39,543 nucleotides of DNA from Methylorubrum extorquens (GTDB lineage: Bacteria > Pseudomonadota > Alphaproteobacteria > Rhizobiales > Beijerinckiaceae), in assembly GCA_019695455.1 (NCBI GenBank), contig JAEUAC010000284.1, positions 1-39,543 on the forward strand. Reading direction: 5' to 3'. This document shows, piece by piece, positions 17,486 through 27,119 of the stretch. Position numbers and translations under genes: made by a program. The notes below the pieces were generated by a model. That model ran no database searches, was not told where the DNA came from, and worked only from the letters and a program-made list of their open reading frames with translations. Each line of letters begins with the position of its first letter. Position 1 is the first letter of the stretch.

Positions 17486-18637
17486 ATGGATGCCGCGCCG
17501 AACCCGGACCCGTTCCTCGCCTCGCTGCCGGTGCTGCGCGCCTTCGCGGACGTCGCGGATCCGCGGGCGTACCGGCCGCTGCCGGCCGATTGGTCGATCG
17601 GCATCGCGGACGTCGTCCATTCGACGGAGGCGATCGCGGCCGGCCGCTACAAGACCGTCAACATGGCCGGCGCGGCCGCCATCGCGGCCGTGTCGAACGC
17701 GCTCGGCCAGGCGGCCTTCCCGTTCGCGTTCGGGGGCGACGGCGCGAGCTTCGCCGTTCCGCCCGCCTGGCTCGACGCCGCCCGGGACGCGCTCGCGGCG
17801 ACCGCGACGCTGGTCTCGGAGGAGTTCGACCTCGACCTCCGGGTCGCGATCGTGCCGGTCGCGGCGATCCGCGAGGCCGGCTTCGACGTCACGCTCGCCC
17901 GGTTCGCGGCCTCGCCGGACCTCCACTACACGATGTTCTCCGGCGGCGGCCTCGCCTGGGCGGAGGCGCGCATGAAGGCCGGGTCCTTCGCGCTGCCGGC
18001 CGCCCCGCCCGGCACGCGTCCCGACCTCACGGGGCTCACCTGCCGGTTCGACGAGGCGCCGAGCCGGCGCGGCACCATCCTGTCCGTCATCGCGCGGCCG
18101 GCCGACGGGCGAGGCGGCGCGGCCTTCGCGGCGCTGGTCGGCGACATCCTGGCGATGGCGGAGGGCAGTCCCGACATGGCGCGCCCGATCTCCGGGTCGG
18201 GCCCGCCGCTCGCCTGGCCCTCGCGCGGGCTCGATCTCGAGGCCCGGTTCAGCCGGCCGGCCGGCGCCTCCGCCCGGTGGCACCGGTTCAAGCTCGCGGT
18301 CCGGTCGGCCGTGGCCGTCCTCCTGTTCCGATTCCGCGTGCCGATCGGGCGGTTCGATCCGGGCCGCTACCTCGCCGAGCTCGTGGCCAACACGGATTGG
18401 CGCAAATACGACGACGGCCTGCGGCTGACGCTCGACCTCGACCCGGCGCTGGCGGACGCCATCGAGGCCCGTCTCGCCCGGGCGGAGCGGGAGGGAATCG
18501 CCCGGTCCGGCACCCATCGGCAGGCGGCGTCGCTCATCACGTGCATCACGCCCTCCGTCCACCGCTCGGACCACATCCACTTCGTGGACGGCGCCGCGGG
18601 CGGCTACGCGGCGGCCGCCGCCTCGCTCAAGGCGTGA
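17486..18637 (+). CDS. DUF3095 family protein (nucleotidyl-cyclase-like motifs)
   Basis: IADVVHST..I.AGRYK.VNMAGA, FAFGGDGA, LTGLTCRF, KYDDGLR and HFVDGAAGGY motifs. Confidence 0.8.
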   Translation: MDAAPNPDPFLASLPVLRAFADVADPRAYRPLPADWSIGIADVVHSTEAIAAGRYKTVNMAGAAAIAAVSNALGQAAFPFAFGGDGASFAVPPAWLDAARDALAATATLVSEEFDLDLRVAIVPVAAIREAGFDVTLARFAASPDLHYTMFSGGGLAWAEARMKAGSFALPAAPPGTRPDLTGLTCRFDEAPSRRGTILSVIARPADGRGGAAFAALVGDILAMAEGSPDMARPISGSGPPLAWPSRGLDLEARFSRPAGASARWHRFKLAVRSAVAVLLFRFRVPIGRFDPGRYLAELVANTDWRKYDDGLRLTLDLDPALADAIEARLARAEREGIARSGTHRQAASLITCITPSVHRSDHIHFVDGAAGGYAAAAASLKA

Positions 18638-18983
18638 CGGGTCCGCCGGGTCGGGCCGCCGATTCGACGGCCGCGAGGTGGTCGCGGACGGCGCGCTCGG
18701 CCTCGCGCTCGATCAGGCGGTAGCGCGCGACGAGATGATGGCCGAACGGCGTGAGGGTCGCACCGCCGCCCCGGCGGCCGCCGCCCTGGGCCGCGACCAG
18801 CGGGCTCGCGAAGCGCGCGTTGAGGTCGGCCACGAGCTCCCAGGCTCGCCGGTAGGACATCGCCATCGAGCGGCCGGCGGCCGAGATGGAGCCGTGCTCG
18901 GCGATGCGCTCGAGGAGGGCGATCTTGCCGGGCCCGAGCCGGCCCGATCCGTCGAGGTCGATGCGGATGCTCAGCTTCGCCAT
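18627..18983 (-). CDS. modE: ModE-family winged-helix regulator (HTH domain only)
   Basis: LGPGKIALLE.I...GSISAAGRSMAMSYRRAW and GGGA.LTPFG motifs. Last gene of the mod operon. Confidence 0.88.
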   Translation of the reverse strand: MAKLSIRIDLDGSGRLGPGKIALLERIAEHGSISAAGRSMAMSYRRAWELVADLNARFASPLVAAQGGGRRGGGATLTPFGHHLVARYRLIEREAERAVRDHLAAVESAARPGGPVTP

Positions 18984-20007
18984 GAATCGATCGCTCCATC
19001 GGACCGGCCGGGATCGAGCGCCACGCTCTTGACGATGGCATGGACGGGCGTGCCGGGCGCCAGCGCGAGCGTGGCGGCCGACCGGCGGGTGAGGCGGGCG
19101 AGGAGGTCCGCCCCGCCGCAGCGCAGGGAGACCGTGAGGCTCGGCTCGCCCTCCCGCCCCGCGCCGACCGCCGTGATGCGCCCGGCCAGGACGTTGAGGG
19201 CGCTGCCGGCGCCGGCACGAGAAGCGGGCCGGCCGGGGTGTCGAGGCGCGTGAGGCCGAAGGCCGGGTCGTGGTCCGCGACGGTCGCGTCCAGGATCGCG
19301 CCGGCGTCGGGTCCGTCCGAGAGGCCCGGGAGGTCCAGCCGGGCGAACAGGGTCGAGACCGGACCCGCCCCGACGACGCGTCCCGCCTCGAGGACGACCG
19401 CGTGGTCGGCGAGCCGGGCGACCTCCGGCAGGGCGTGCGAGACGTAGAGGATCGGCAGGCCCGCCTCGTCGCGCAGGCGCTCGAGGAAGGGCAGGATCTC
19501 GGCCTTGCGGGCCGCGTCGAGGGCCGCCAGCGGCTCGTCCATGAGGAGGAGGCGCGGCTTCGCCATCAGGGCCCGGCCGATCGCGACGCGCTGGCGCTCG
19601 CCGCCCGAGAGGCCGGCGACGCGCCGCCCGAGCAGACCCTCGATGCCCAGCATGGCGATCACGGCGTCGAGCGACAGGCCGGGCTCGCCGCGCGGCGCGA
19701 AGACCCGCCCGAACAGGAGGTTCCGCCGCACGCCGAGATGCGGGAAGAGCCGCGCGTCCTGGAACACGTAGCCGACGCGGCGGCGATGCGGCGGCAGCCG
19801 GATGCCCGCCTCCGTGTCGGTCAGCACCGTGCCGTCGGCGACGATCCGGGCGCGCTCGGGCCGGACGAGGCCCGCGACCGCGTCGACGAGGGTCGTCTTG
19901 CCCGATCCCGACGGGCCGAAGATCGCCGTGACGCCGGCCGGCGCCTCGAAGGCGGCGTCGAGCCGGAACGCGCCCTGCCGATGCGAGACCGCGACGGAGA
20001 GCGTCAC
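18971..20007 (-). pseudogene. modC: Molybdate ABC transporter ATPase with an internal deletion and frameshift near 19204-19217
   Basis: Intact ATPase motifs (GPSGSGKTT, VFQDARLFPH, LSGGERQR, LMDEP, YVSH). After GPLLVP the TOBE tail (SALNVL...ARLTRRS...VHAIVKSV) continues in another frame to a stop at 18971. The 1037 nt span is not a multiple of 3. Confidence 0.8.
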
Positions 20008-20699
20008 GCGGCCATCCGCCGGGCCACGCGCCGGGCGAGCCATTCCGACAGGGCGAGGGCGGCGAGCGACACGACGACCGAGATCAGCGTGAGGCGCATC
20101 GCGCCGGCCTCGCCGCCCGGCACCTGCGTCAGGGTGTAGATGGCGGAGGGCAGGGTCTGCGTCTCGCCGGGAATGTTCGAGACGAACGTGATGGTGGCGC
20201 CGAACTCGCCCATGGACTTGGCGAAGGCGAGGATGGCGCCCGCGACGATCCCGGGCAGGACGAGCGGCAGCGTCACGCAGGCGAAGACCGCCGCGGGCGG
20301 CGCGCCGAGCGTTCCCGCGGCGTCCTCCAGCTTGCGGTCGACCGCCTCCACGGACAGCCGGACCGCCCGCACGAGGAGCGGGAATCCCATGACGGCGCAG
20401 GCCAGCGCCGCGCCCGTCCAGCGGAAGGCGAGCGTGACGCCGAAGGTCTCGTAGAGGAAGCCCCCGATGGGGCCGCGCCGGCCGAACCCGACCAGGAGGA
20501 GGTAGCCCGTCACGACGGGCGGCAGGATGAGCGGCAGGTGGACGATCGCGTCCAGCGCCGCCTTGCCCGGGAACCGCCCCCGCGCCAGCAGGAGCGCCAC
20601 CCCGATCCCCGGCCCGAGGCTCGCGGCCGTCGCCGTGCAGGCGACGAGCAGCGAGAGCCGCAGGGCGGACCATTCCTCCGGCCGCAGCCACTCCGTCAT
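20004..20699 (-). CDS. modB: Molybdate ABC transporter permease
   Basis: HLPLILPPVVTGY, AFAKSMGEFGATI and NIPGETQTLP motifs. Confidence 0.93.
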   Translation of the reverse strand: MTEWLRPEEWSALRLSLLVACTATAASLGPGIGVALLLARGRFPGKAALDAIVHLPLILPPVVTGYLLLVGFGRRGPIGGFLYETFGVTLAFRWTGAALACAVMGFPLLVRAVRLSVEAVDRKLEDAAGTLGAPPAAVFACVTLPLVLPGIVAGAILAFAKSMGEFGATITFVSNIPGETQTLPSAIYTLTQVPGGEAGAMRLTLISVVVSLAALALSEWLARRVARRMAA

Positions 20700-20715
20700 G
20701 GGGCCGGGGATCCGC

Positions 20716-21510
20716 TCACGATCCGCCGGCCGGCTGGTTCACGACCCGGAAGCCCTGTCGCTCGAAGGCGGCCTTCGCGGCCGGGCCGCGCAGGAAGTCC
20801 AGGAAGGCGGCCGCGTCCGGGTGGGTCGAGTCGCGCGTGAGGGCCGCGGGGTAGAGGATGGGCGGGTGGCTGTCGGCCGGGAAGGTCGCGACCACCTTCA
20901 CGTTCGGGTCGGCGGCGGCGTCGGTCGCGTAGACGATGCCGAGGGGCGCCTCGCCGCGGGACACGAGGGTGAGAGCGCCCCGGACGCTGTCCGCCTGCGC
21001 CACCTTGCCCTTCACGCCCTCCCAGGCGCCGAGCGTCTCCAGCGCGGCCTTGCCGTACTTGCCGGCCGGCACCGCCTCGACGTTACCCATGGCGAGCCGG
21101 CCCGTCCCGAGCGCCGCGCCGAGGCCGGGCCCGATCGCCGGGGCGCCGGCGGCGTCCTTCGGCGCGATCAGCACGATCGCGTTCGCCAGCAGCGTCACGC
21201 GGGTCGCGGGGCGGATCAGCCCCTTGGCGGCCGCGACGTCCATCCAGTCGAGGTCGGCCGAGACGAACAGGTCCGCCGGCGCGCCCGCCTCGATCTGCTT
21301 CGCGAGCGTGTTCGAGGCCGCGAAGGAGATGCGGGGGGCCGGCTTGCCGGAGGCGGTCCAGGCCGCCCCGATCTCGTCCAGGGCGTTCTTGAGGCTCGCC
21401 GCCGCGAAGACCACCGGACCCGCGCCCTGCGCCCGGGCCGGCACGGCGCCGAGCGGGGCGAGGCCGAGGACGCCGGCGAGGAGCCAGCCTGTCAGATCGC
21501 GCCGCCGCAT
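20716..21510 (-). CDS. modA: Molybdate ABC transporter substrate-binding protein
   Basis: [29 protein letters not shown] and GIVYATDA motifs. GGGAGG RBS before the ATG at 21510. Confidence 0.93.
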   Translation of the reverse strand: MRRRDLTGWLLAGVLGLAPLGAVPARAQGAGPVVFAAASLKNALDEIGAAWTASGKPAPRISFAASNTLAKQIEAGAPADLFVSADLDWMDVAAAKGLIRPATRVTLLANAIVLIAPKDAAGAPAIGPGLGAALGTGRLAMGNVEAVPAGKYGKAALETLGAWEGVKGKVAQADSVRGALTLVSRGEAPLGIVYATDAAADPNVKVVATFPADSHPPILYPAALTRDSTHPDAAAFLDFLRGPAAKAAFERQGFRVVNQPAGGS

Positions 21511-21525
21511 CACGTCGTCCCTCCC

Positions 21526-21553
21526 ATCGCCGTATCCCGTCGGATATAGCGTT
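21526..21553. promoter_or_regulatory. ModE box (Mo-box) upstream of modA
   Basis: ATCGCCGTATC-N6-GATATAGCGTT is an imperfect palindrome with the layout of the ModE consensus ATCGnTATATA-N6-TATATAnCGAT. Confidence 0.7.
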
Positions 21554-21653
21554 CGGGCGGCGTCGTCCATGCGGCAGCGTTTCGGGTTGCGGGCCGGGCC
21601 GCGCCGGGCCAGAGCACGGCTCGAGCCCGCCGCGACGGGCCGGGAGGATCTCG

Positions 21654-22823
21654 ATGCTCAGGAACGCGCGCCCCTTCGACTTCGATCTCGGCGAAACGGC
21701 CGATGCGATCCGCGACAGCGTCCGCGACTTCGCCCAGAACGAGATCGCGCCGCGCGCCGACGAGATCGACCGCACGAACACGTTCCCGCGCGACCTCTGG
21801 CCCCGCATGGGCGCGCTCGGGCTGCACGGCATCACGGTCGAGGAGGAGTACGGCGGCACGGGGCTCGGCTACCTCGAGCACGTGGTCGCCATGGAGGAGG
21901 TGTCCCGCGCCTCCGCCTCGGTCGGCCTCTCCTACGGGGCGCATTCCAATCTCTGCGTGAACCAGCTGCGCCGCAACGGCTCGGACGCGCAGAAGCGCAA
22001 GTACCTGCCGAAGCTGATGTCGGGCGAGCATGTCGGCTCGCTCGCCATGTCGGAGCCGGGCGCGGGCTCGGACGTCGTGTCCATGAAGACCCGGGCCGAC
22101 AAGCGCGGCGACCGCTACGTGCTGAACGGCTCGAAGTTCTGGATCACGAACGGGCCCGAGGCCGAGACGCTCGTGGTCTACGCCAAGACCGACCCGGAGG
22201 CGGGCTCGCGCGGCATCACGGCCTTCATCGTCGAGAAGGGCATGAAGGGGTTCCGCACCGCCCAGAAGCTCGACAAGCTCGGCATGCGCGGCTCCGACAC
22301 CTGCGAGCTCGTCTTCGAGGAGTGCGAGGTTCCGGCCGAGAACGTGCTCGGCGAGGTCGGGCGCGGCGTCACCGTCCTCATGTCCGGGCTCGACTACGAG
22401 CGGGCCGTGCTGGCGGCGGGCCCGCTCGGCATCATGCAGGCCTGCATGGACGTGGTCATGCCCTACGTCCACGACCGCAAGCAGTTCGGCCGCTCCATCG
22501 GCGAGTTCCAGCTCGTCCAGGGCAAGGTCGCCGACATGTATGTCGGCATGAACGCCTGCAAGGCCTACGTCTACGCGGTCGCGAAGGCCTGCGATCGCGG
22601 CGAGACCACCCGCGAGGACGCGGCCGGCGCGATCCTCTACGCGGCCGAGAAGGCGACGCGCTGCGCGCTCGACGCGATCCAGCTGCTCGGCGGCAACGGC
22701 TACATCAACGAGTACCCGACCGGCCGCCTGCTGCGCGACGCCAAGCTCTACGAGATCGGCGCCGGCACGTCCGAGATCCGCCGCATGCTGATCGGCCGCG
22801 AGCTGTTCGAGAAGACCGCCTGA
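21654..22823 (+). CDS. ivd: Isovaleryl-CoA dehydrogenase
   Basis: [34 protein letters not shown] and [13 protein letters not shown] motifs. Confidence 0.92.
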   Translation: MLRNARPFDFDLGETADAIRDSVRDFAQNEIAPRADEIDRTNTFPRDLWPRMGALGLHGITVEEEYGGTGLGYLEHVVAMEEVSRASASVGLSYGAHSNLCVNQLRRNGSDAQKRKYLPKLMSGEHVGSLAMSEPGAGSDVVSMKTRADKRGDRYVLNGSKFWITNGPEAETLVVYAKTDPEAGSRGITAFIVEKGMKGFRTAQKLDKLGMRGSDTCELVFEECEVPAENVLGEVGRGVTVLMSGLDYERAVLAAGPLGIMQACMDVVMPYVHDRKQFGRSIGEFQLVQGKVADMYVGMNACKAYVYAVAKACDRGETTREDAAGAILYAAEKATRCALDAIQLLGGNGYINEYPTGRLLRDAKLYEIGAGTSEIRRMLIGRELFEKTA

Positions 22824-22881
22824 CGGGGCGGGACCCGCGACCGACGTTGACAGCCCCGAGGATCCTTCGCCGGCTCGCCCC

Positions 22882-23205
22882 ATGACGACGCTCACGATCC
22901 ACGATGTACCTGACGACGTCGCGGAGCGGCTTCGACGGCGTGCCGTTGCGAGCGGGCGGACCTTGGAGGCCGAAGTTCGCGTGGTTCTGGGGGACGCCAC
23001 ATCGGATGCCGACGACGCGAGGCAGCGGCCGGAACGGTCGGCGTCGGTCCGAGCAGCGCAAGCCGCTTTCATATCCCTTCGCGACCCATCGAGGTCGATC
23101 GTCGACGAGCTGCTCGCCGAGCGGAGGGGCGAGGCCCGGCGCGATGACGACGCCTCGCGGACGACCAGTTCGGATCGATGTCGGCCGTCGACCTGTCTGA
23201 GGTGA
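22882..23205 (+). CDS. FitA/Arc-like ribbon-helix-helix antitoxin, C-terminus probably extended
   Basis: MTTLTIHDVPDDV..RLR.RA...GR.LEAEVR.VL is a ribbon-helix-helix pattern, with a SIVDELLAERR tail. Confidence 0.7.
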   Translation: MTTLTIHDVPDDVAERLRRRAVASGRTLEAEVRVVLGDATSDADDARQRPERSASVRAAQAAFISLRDPSRSIVDELLAERRGEARRDDDASRTTSSDRCRPSTCLR

Positions 23206-23464
23206 TCGCGAAGATGCTCGATCTGGGCGCCGGGCCAGACGTCGTCTTCGGCAACTCGAGCGGTTGGCTTTCGGTGTCGCGCCGTTCGACGCGGGCCGGG
23301 CACGCGCCGCCGCTCTTCTGCGGCCTACGACCCGCGGCCGGAACATCTCGTTTGCCGACAGGGCCTGCCTCGCTCTCGGTCTCGAGATGCGACTTCCGGT
23401 CGTGACCGGCGACCGCGCCTGGACGGCACTCGGACTGAAGATCGAATTCGCGCTGATCCGCTGA
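23144..23464 (+). pseudogene. vapC: Fragmented VapC/PIN toxin
   Basis: PIN segments lie in different frames: MSAVDLSEVIAK (from 23178) and ISFADRACLALG...VVTGDRAW (to 23464). The N-terminal VLDAS segment is reduced to DAS in the antitoxin frame (23149-23157). Confidence 0.7.
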
Positions 23465-23483
23465 GCGGCGACGGGCACTCCCG

Positions 23484-24185
23484 TTATCTGGCGGCCCCGT
23501 TCTCCCCGAAATAGTCCGGGTGGGTCTCGCGCAGCGTGTCGACGAACTCGATCGAGCGGGAGAGGTGGTCGCGCAAGGCCGCCGCGGCGGCGTCGGGGTC
23601 GCCGGCCTCGATCGCGTCCACGATCGCCGTGTGGGCGCGCAGGATCTCGCGCATCTTGCCGGCGACGGGCAGGTTCAGGTGCCGGAGCCGGTCGATGTGG
23701 CCGGCCTGCCGGCGGACCAGCGACCACAGGTCGGGGACGCCGGCCGCCTCGTAGGTGAGGCGGTGGAAGCTCTGGTCGGCGGTCGCAAAGGCCTCCATCT
23801 CGCCGAGCTCCGCGAAGGCGGCTCCCTGCCTGACGAGGCTGCGCAGCCGAGCCACGACGCCCGGGTCCCGCGCCTGCGCGACCGTCCGCACGATCTCGAT
23901 CTCGACGGCGCGGCGCAGGAACTGGGCGCGCCGGGCCCGCTCGAGGTTGATCGGCGCCACGATGGTCGCGTGCTGGGGAAAGATCTCGACCAGCCCTTCC
24001 TCCTGAAGGCGCAGCAGCGCGTCCCGGACGGGCGTGGAGCTGACCCCGAAGCGCTCCTGCAGCGCGGCGCGCGACAGGACCGCGCCGGGCGCGAGCCGGA
24101 ACGTCACGATGTCGTCGCGCAGCGTCTCGAACAGGGACGCGCCGTTCCGCCGCGCCCGGCCGCTATCGACGGGACCGGTCTCCAT
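23484..24185 (-). CDS. GntR/FadR-family transcriptional regulator
   Basis: FGVSSTPVRDAL..L..EGLV HTH, with an FCD domain (D..FH, H..IVDAI, HL). Divergent from the ABC operon. Confidence 0.9.
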   Translation of the reverse strand: METGPVDSGRARRNGASLFETLRDDIVTFRLAPGAVLSRAALQERFGVSSTPVRDALLRLQEEGLVEIFPQHATIVAPINLERARRAQFLRRAVEIEIVRTVAQARDPGVVARLRSLVRQGAAFAELGEMEAFATADQSFHRLTYEAAGVPDLWSLVRRQAGHIDRLRHLNLPVAGKMREILRAHTAIVDAIEAGDPDAAAAALRDHLSRSIEFVDTLRETHPDYFGENGAAR

Positions 24186-24222
24186 GCCGCCCTCCTGCCT
24201 CGCGACGCGACGCCGCTTGACG

Positions 24223-24238
24223 CACTAATGCATTAGTG
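24223..24238. promoter_or_regulatory. Perfect 16-bp palindromic operator, probably bound by the adjacent GntR
   Basis: CACTAATGCATTAGTG, immediately after TTGACG (24217-24222) in the divergent intergenic region. Confidence 0.7.
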
Positions 24239-24329
24239 TTTCACTCGGGACAAGAGCAGGCGGGCGCTTCGGCGTCGAGCCCAACGGACCGGCCGTCGCG
24301 CCGGTCGCCTCAGGTTCCGGGAGGACACC

Positions 24330-25337
24330 ATGCTGAACCGCCGACAGGCGCTCGGAAGCGGCGTCGCGGCCGCCATGCTGGCGACGGGCGGAGCCCGCGC
24401 CCAGGCGCGCGAGGTCTCGATCAGCCGGCAGCCCGGCATCCTCTACATGCCGCTGCACGTCATCGAGAAGTACCGGCTCCTCGAGAAGCATGCCGAGCGG
24501 CTGGGCCTGCCGGGCACGAGCGTGAAGTGGCTGTCCTTCGCCAACGGCGGCGCCCAGCAGGACGCGCTGCTCGCCGGCGGCGTCGATCTCGTGAACACGG
24601 GGACGGGCCAGCTCCTCCTGCTCTGGGACCGCACGCGGGGCGGCGTGAAGGGCATCGTGGCGAGCTGCGCGCTGCCCCTGAAGCTCGTGACGCGCGACCC
24701 GCGCATCCAGTCGCTCAAGGATTTCGGGCCGGGCGACAAGATCGCGGTTCCGACCGTGAAGACGTCGACGCAGGCGATCCTGCTCCAGATCGCCGCGGCC
24801 GAGATGTTCGGGCCGGACAAGTACGCCCATTTCGACCCCATGACGGTGCAGATGGGCCACCCGGACGCCTTCGTCGCCATGAAGAACGCCTCGCACGAGG
24901 TGCGCAGCCATTTCGGCGCGCCGCCCTTCGACTTCTACGAGCTGAAGGAGGTGGGCGGCGCCCGGCTCCTCACGGATTCGGCGAAGATCCTCGGCGGGCC
25001 GCTGTCGCAGGGACAGTTCTTCACCACGACGAGGTTCGCGGAGGCGAACCCGAAGATCGTCGAGGCCCTGATGGCGGCGGCCGTCGAGGCGAAGGCCATG
25101 ATCGGCGCGGACCTCAAGGCCGGCGTGGAGGCCTATCGGGAGATCAACAACGACAGGACCCCGGTCGAGACGCTGCTCGAGCTCCTGTCGCAGCCCGGCA
25201 TGCAGGAGTTCAACCTGCAGCCCCAGGGCACGATGAAGTTCGCCGCCCACCTGCACCGGGTCGGCACGCTGAAGCGCATGCCCGACAGCTTCAAGGACTA
25301 CTACCTGCCGATCGCGCACGACCTGCCGGGCAGCTGA
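24330..25337 (+). CDS. NitT/TauT-family ABC substrate-binding protein
   Basis: NRRQAL Tat-like leader, DALLAGGVD and KIAVPTVK.STQ motifs. GGAGGA RBS. Confidence 0.85.
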   Translation: MLNRRQALGSGVAAAMLATGGARAQAREVSISRQPGILYMPLHVIEKYRLLEKHAERLGLPGTSVKWLSFANGGAQQDALLAGGVDLVNTGTGQLLLLWDRTRGGVKGIVASCALPLKLVTRDPRIQSLKDFGPGDKIAVPTVKTSTQAILLQIAAAEMFGPDKYAHFDPMTVQMGHPDAFVAMKNASHEVRSHFGAPPFDFYELKEVGGARLLTDSAKILGGPLSQGQFFTTTRFAEANPKIVEALMAAAVEAKAMIGADLKAGVEAYREINNDRTPVETLLELLSQPGMQEFNLQPQGTMKFAAHLHRVGTLKRMPDSFKDYYLPIAHDLPGS

Positions 25338-25384
25338 GCCGCCACCCGATCCCCCCACGAACCCGCAACGGCGAGGACCAGGCC

Positions 25385-26155
25385 GTGACCCAGCCCCTGC
25401 TCGACGTCTCCGGCGTCACGCTGCGCTACAAGACGTCGGCCTCCGTCGTCACGGCGACGGAGCGCGTCTCGTTCCAGGTCGGACGGTCGGACCGCTTCGT
25501 GCTGCTCGGGCCCTCGGGCTGCGGAAAGTCGACGCTGCTCAAGGCGGTCGGCGGCTACATGAGGCCGTCCGAGGGCGAGATCACCATCAAGGGCCGCAAG
25601 GTCACCGAGCCGGGCCCGGACCGGATGATGGTCTTCCAGGAGTTCGACCAGCTCCTGCCCTGGAAGACGGTGCTCGGCAACGTCATGTTCCCGCTGCTCG
25701 ACGCCCGCAGGCTGCCGCGCCGCGAGGCCGAGGAGAGGGCCCGGCACTACATCGAGAAGGTGAACCTCACCCGCGCCGTGGACGCCTACCCGCACACGCT
25801 GTCGGGCGGCATGAAGCAGCGCGTCGCCATCGCGCGCGGCATGGCCATGGAGCCGGACATCCTGCTCATGGACGAGCCCTTCGCGGCGCTCGACGCGCTG
25901 ACGCGGCGCACCTGTCAGGACGAGCTGCTGCAGCTCTGGGACGAGACGCGCTTCACCGTGCTCTTCGTCACCCATTCCATCGCGGAGGCCATCAAGGTCG
26001 GCAACCGCATCCTGCTCCTCTCGCCCCATCCGGGCCGCGTCACGGCGGAGGTGACGGACGTCGACACGGCGTCCGCGCTCGACGGCTCGGCCGGCCGGCT
26101 CGAGACGGAGATCCACGACATGCTGTTCGCCGACGAACCGGCCCACGCGGAGTGA
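25385..26155 (+). CDS. NitT/TauT-family ABC ATP-binding protein
   Basis: GPSGCGKST, MVFQE..LLPWKTV, LSGGMKQR, LMDEPFAALD and FVTH motifs. GTG start at 25385. Confidence 0.9.
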   Translation: MTQPLLDVSGVTLRYKTSASVVTATERVSFQVGRSDRFVLLGPSGCGKSTLLKAVGGYMRPSEGEITIKGRKVTEPGPDRMMVFQEFDQLLPWKTVLGNVMFPLLDARRLPRREAEERARHYIEKVNLTRAVDAYPHTLSGGMKQRVAIARGMAMEPDILLMDEPFAALDALTRRTCQDELLQLWDETRFTVLFVTHSIAEAIKVGNRILLLSPHPGRVTAEVTDVDTASALDGSAGRLETEIHDMLFADEPAHAE

Positions 26156-27066
26156 CCACCATGTCGTCGGGGATCGTCGTTCCGCCCGCGGGCGCTCCGG
26201 CCGCGCGGCCGCCGTCCCAGGCCCGCATCGTCCGCCGTCCGACGGCGGGGCCCGCGTCGTCCGAGGTCGAGAAGCCGCTCGGGCTCTTGGAACGCGCCTG
26301 GGATTCGGCGACGGTCCGCAAGGCCGTCATCATCGTCATCCTGGGGCTCGTCTGGGAGGCCTACGGGCGCTGGCTCGACAACCCGCTCCTCTTCCCGACG
26401 CTGACCGAGACCCTGCAGGCGCTCTGGGCGAACATCCTCACGGGCGTGATCCCGGCACGCGCCTGGGCCTCCGTGAAGGTGCTGCTGATGGGCTACGTCG
26501 CGGGCGTCGCGCTCGCCGGGCTCCTCACGATCGTGGCCATCAACACGCGCATCGGCTCGGACTTCCTCGAGACGATGACGGCCATGCTGTCGCCGCTGCC
26601 GGCGATCGCGCTGCTGCCGCTCGCCCTCATCTGGTTCGGGCTCGGCAACGGCTCGCTCGTCTTCATCCTGGTCCATTCCGTCCTGTGGCCCGTCGCCCTG
26701 AACACCCATTCGGGCTTCCGGGGCGTGTCGCAGACGCTGCGGATGGTGGGCCGGAACTACGGCCTGAAGGGCTTCCGCTACATCTTCAAGATCCTGATCC
26801 CGGCGGCCTTCCCGTCCATCCTCGCGGGCCTCAAGATCGGCTGGGCCTTCGCCTGGCGGACGCTGGTCGCGGCGGAGCTCGTCTTCGGCGTCTCGTCGGG
26901 GCAGGGCGGTCTCGGCTGGTTCATCTTCGAGAACCGCAACCTCCTCGAGATCCCGGCCGTCTTCGCGGGCCTGCTCACCGTCATCCTGATCGGCCTCGTG
27001 GTCGAGAACCTGATCTTCAGGAACATCGAGCGCCGCACCGTCATGCGCTGGGGCCTGCAGAGCTGA
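26152..27066 (+). CDS. NitT/TauT-family ABC permease
   Basis: PLPAIALLPL..IWFG and GLKIGWAFAWRTLVAAELV motifs. Confidence 0.9.
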   Translation: MTTMSSGIVVPPAGAPAARPPSQARIVRRPTAGPASSEVEKPLGLLERAWDSATVRKAVIIVILGLVWEAYGRWLDNPLLFPTLTETLQALWANILTGVIPARAWASVKVLLMGYVAGVALAGLLTIVAINTRIGSDFLETMTAMLSPLPAIALLPLALIWFGLGNGSLVFILVHSVLWPVALNTHSGFRGVSQTLRMVGRNYGLKGFRYIFKILIPAAFPSILAGLKIGWAFAWRTLVAAELVFGVSSGQGGLGWFIFENRNLLEIPAVFAGLLTVILIGLVVENLIFRNIERRTVMRWGLQS

Positions 27067-27119
27067 GCGGCCTGCCGCCTTCGGGGCGGGGCGGCGACAC
27101 ACAGAGCGAGACCGGAACC

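Noticed and set aside
15301-17604. 767-aa minus-strand ORF
   Set aside because: It is antisense to the amidohydrolase. Only the last 82 codons (from 15549) look like a real gene.
18604-20691. 695-aa ORF as a ModB-ModC-ModE fusion
   Set aside because: It overlaps modB and modE out of frame. Only 20007 to about 19210 is genuine ModC, and the rest follows from the frameshift.
22847-22880. TTGACA promoter for the fitA-like gene
   Set aside because: The -35 element is perfect, but there is no credible -10 element at 16-18 bp spacing.
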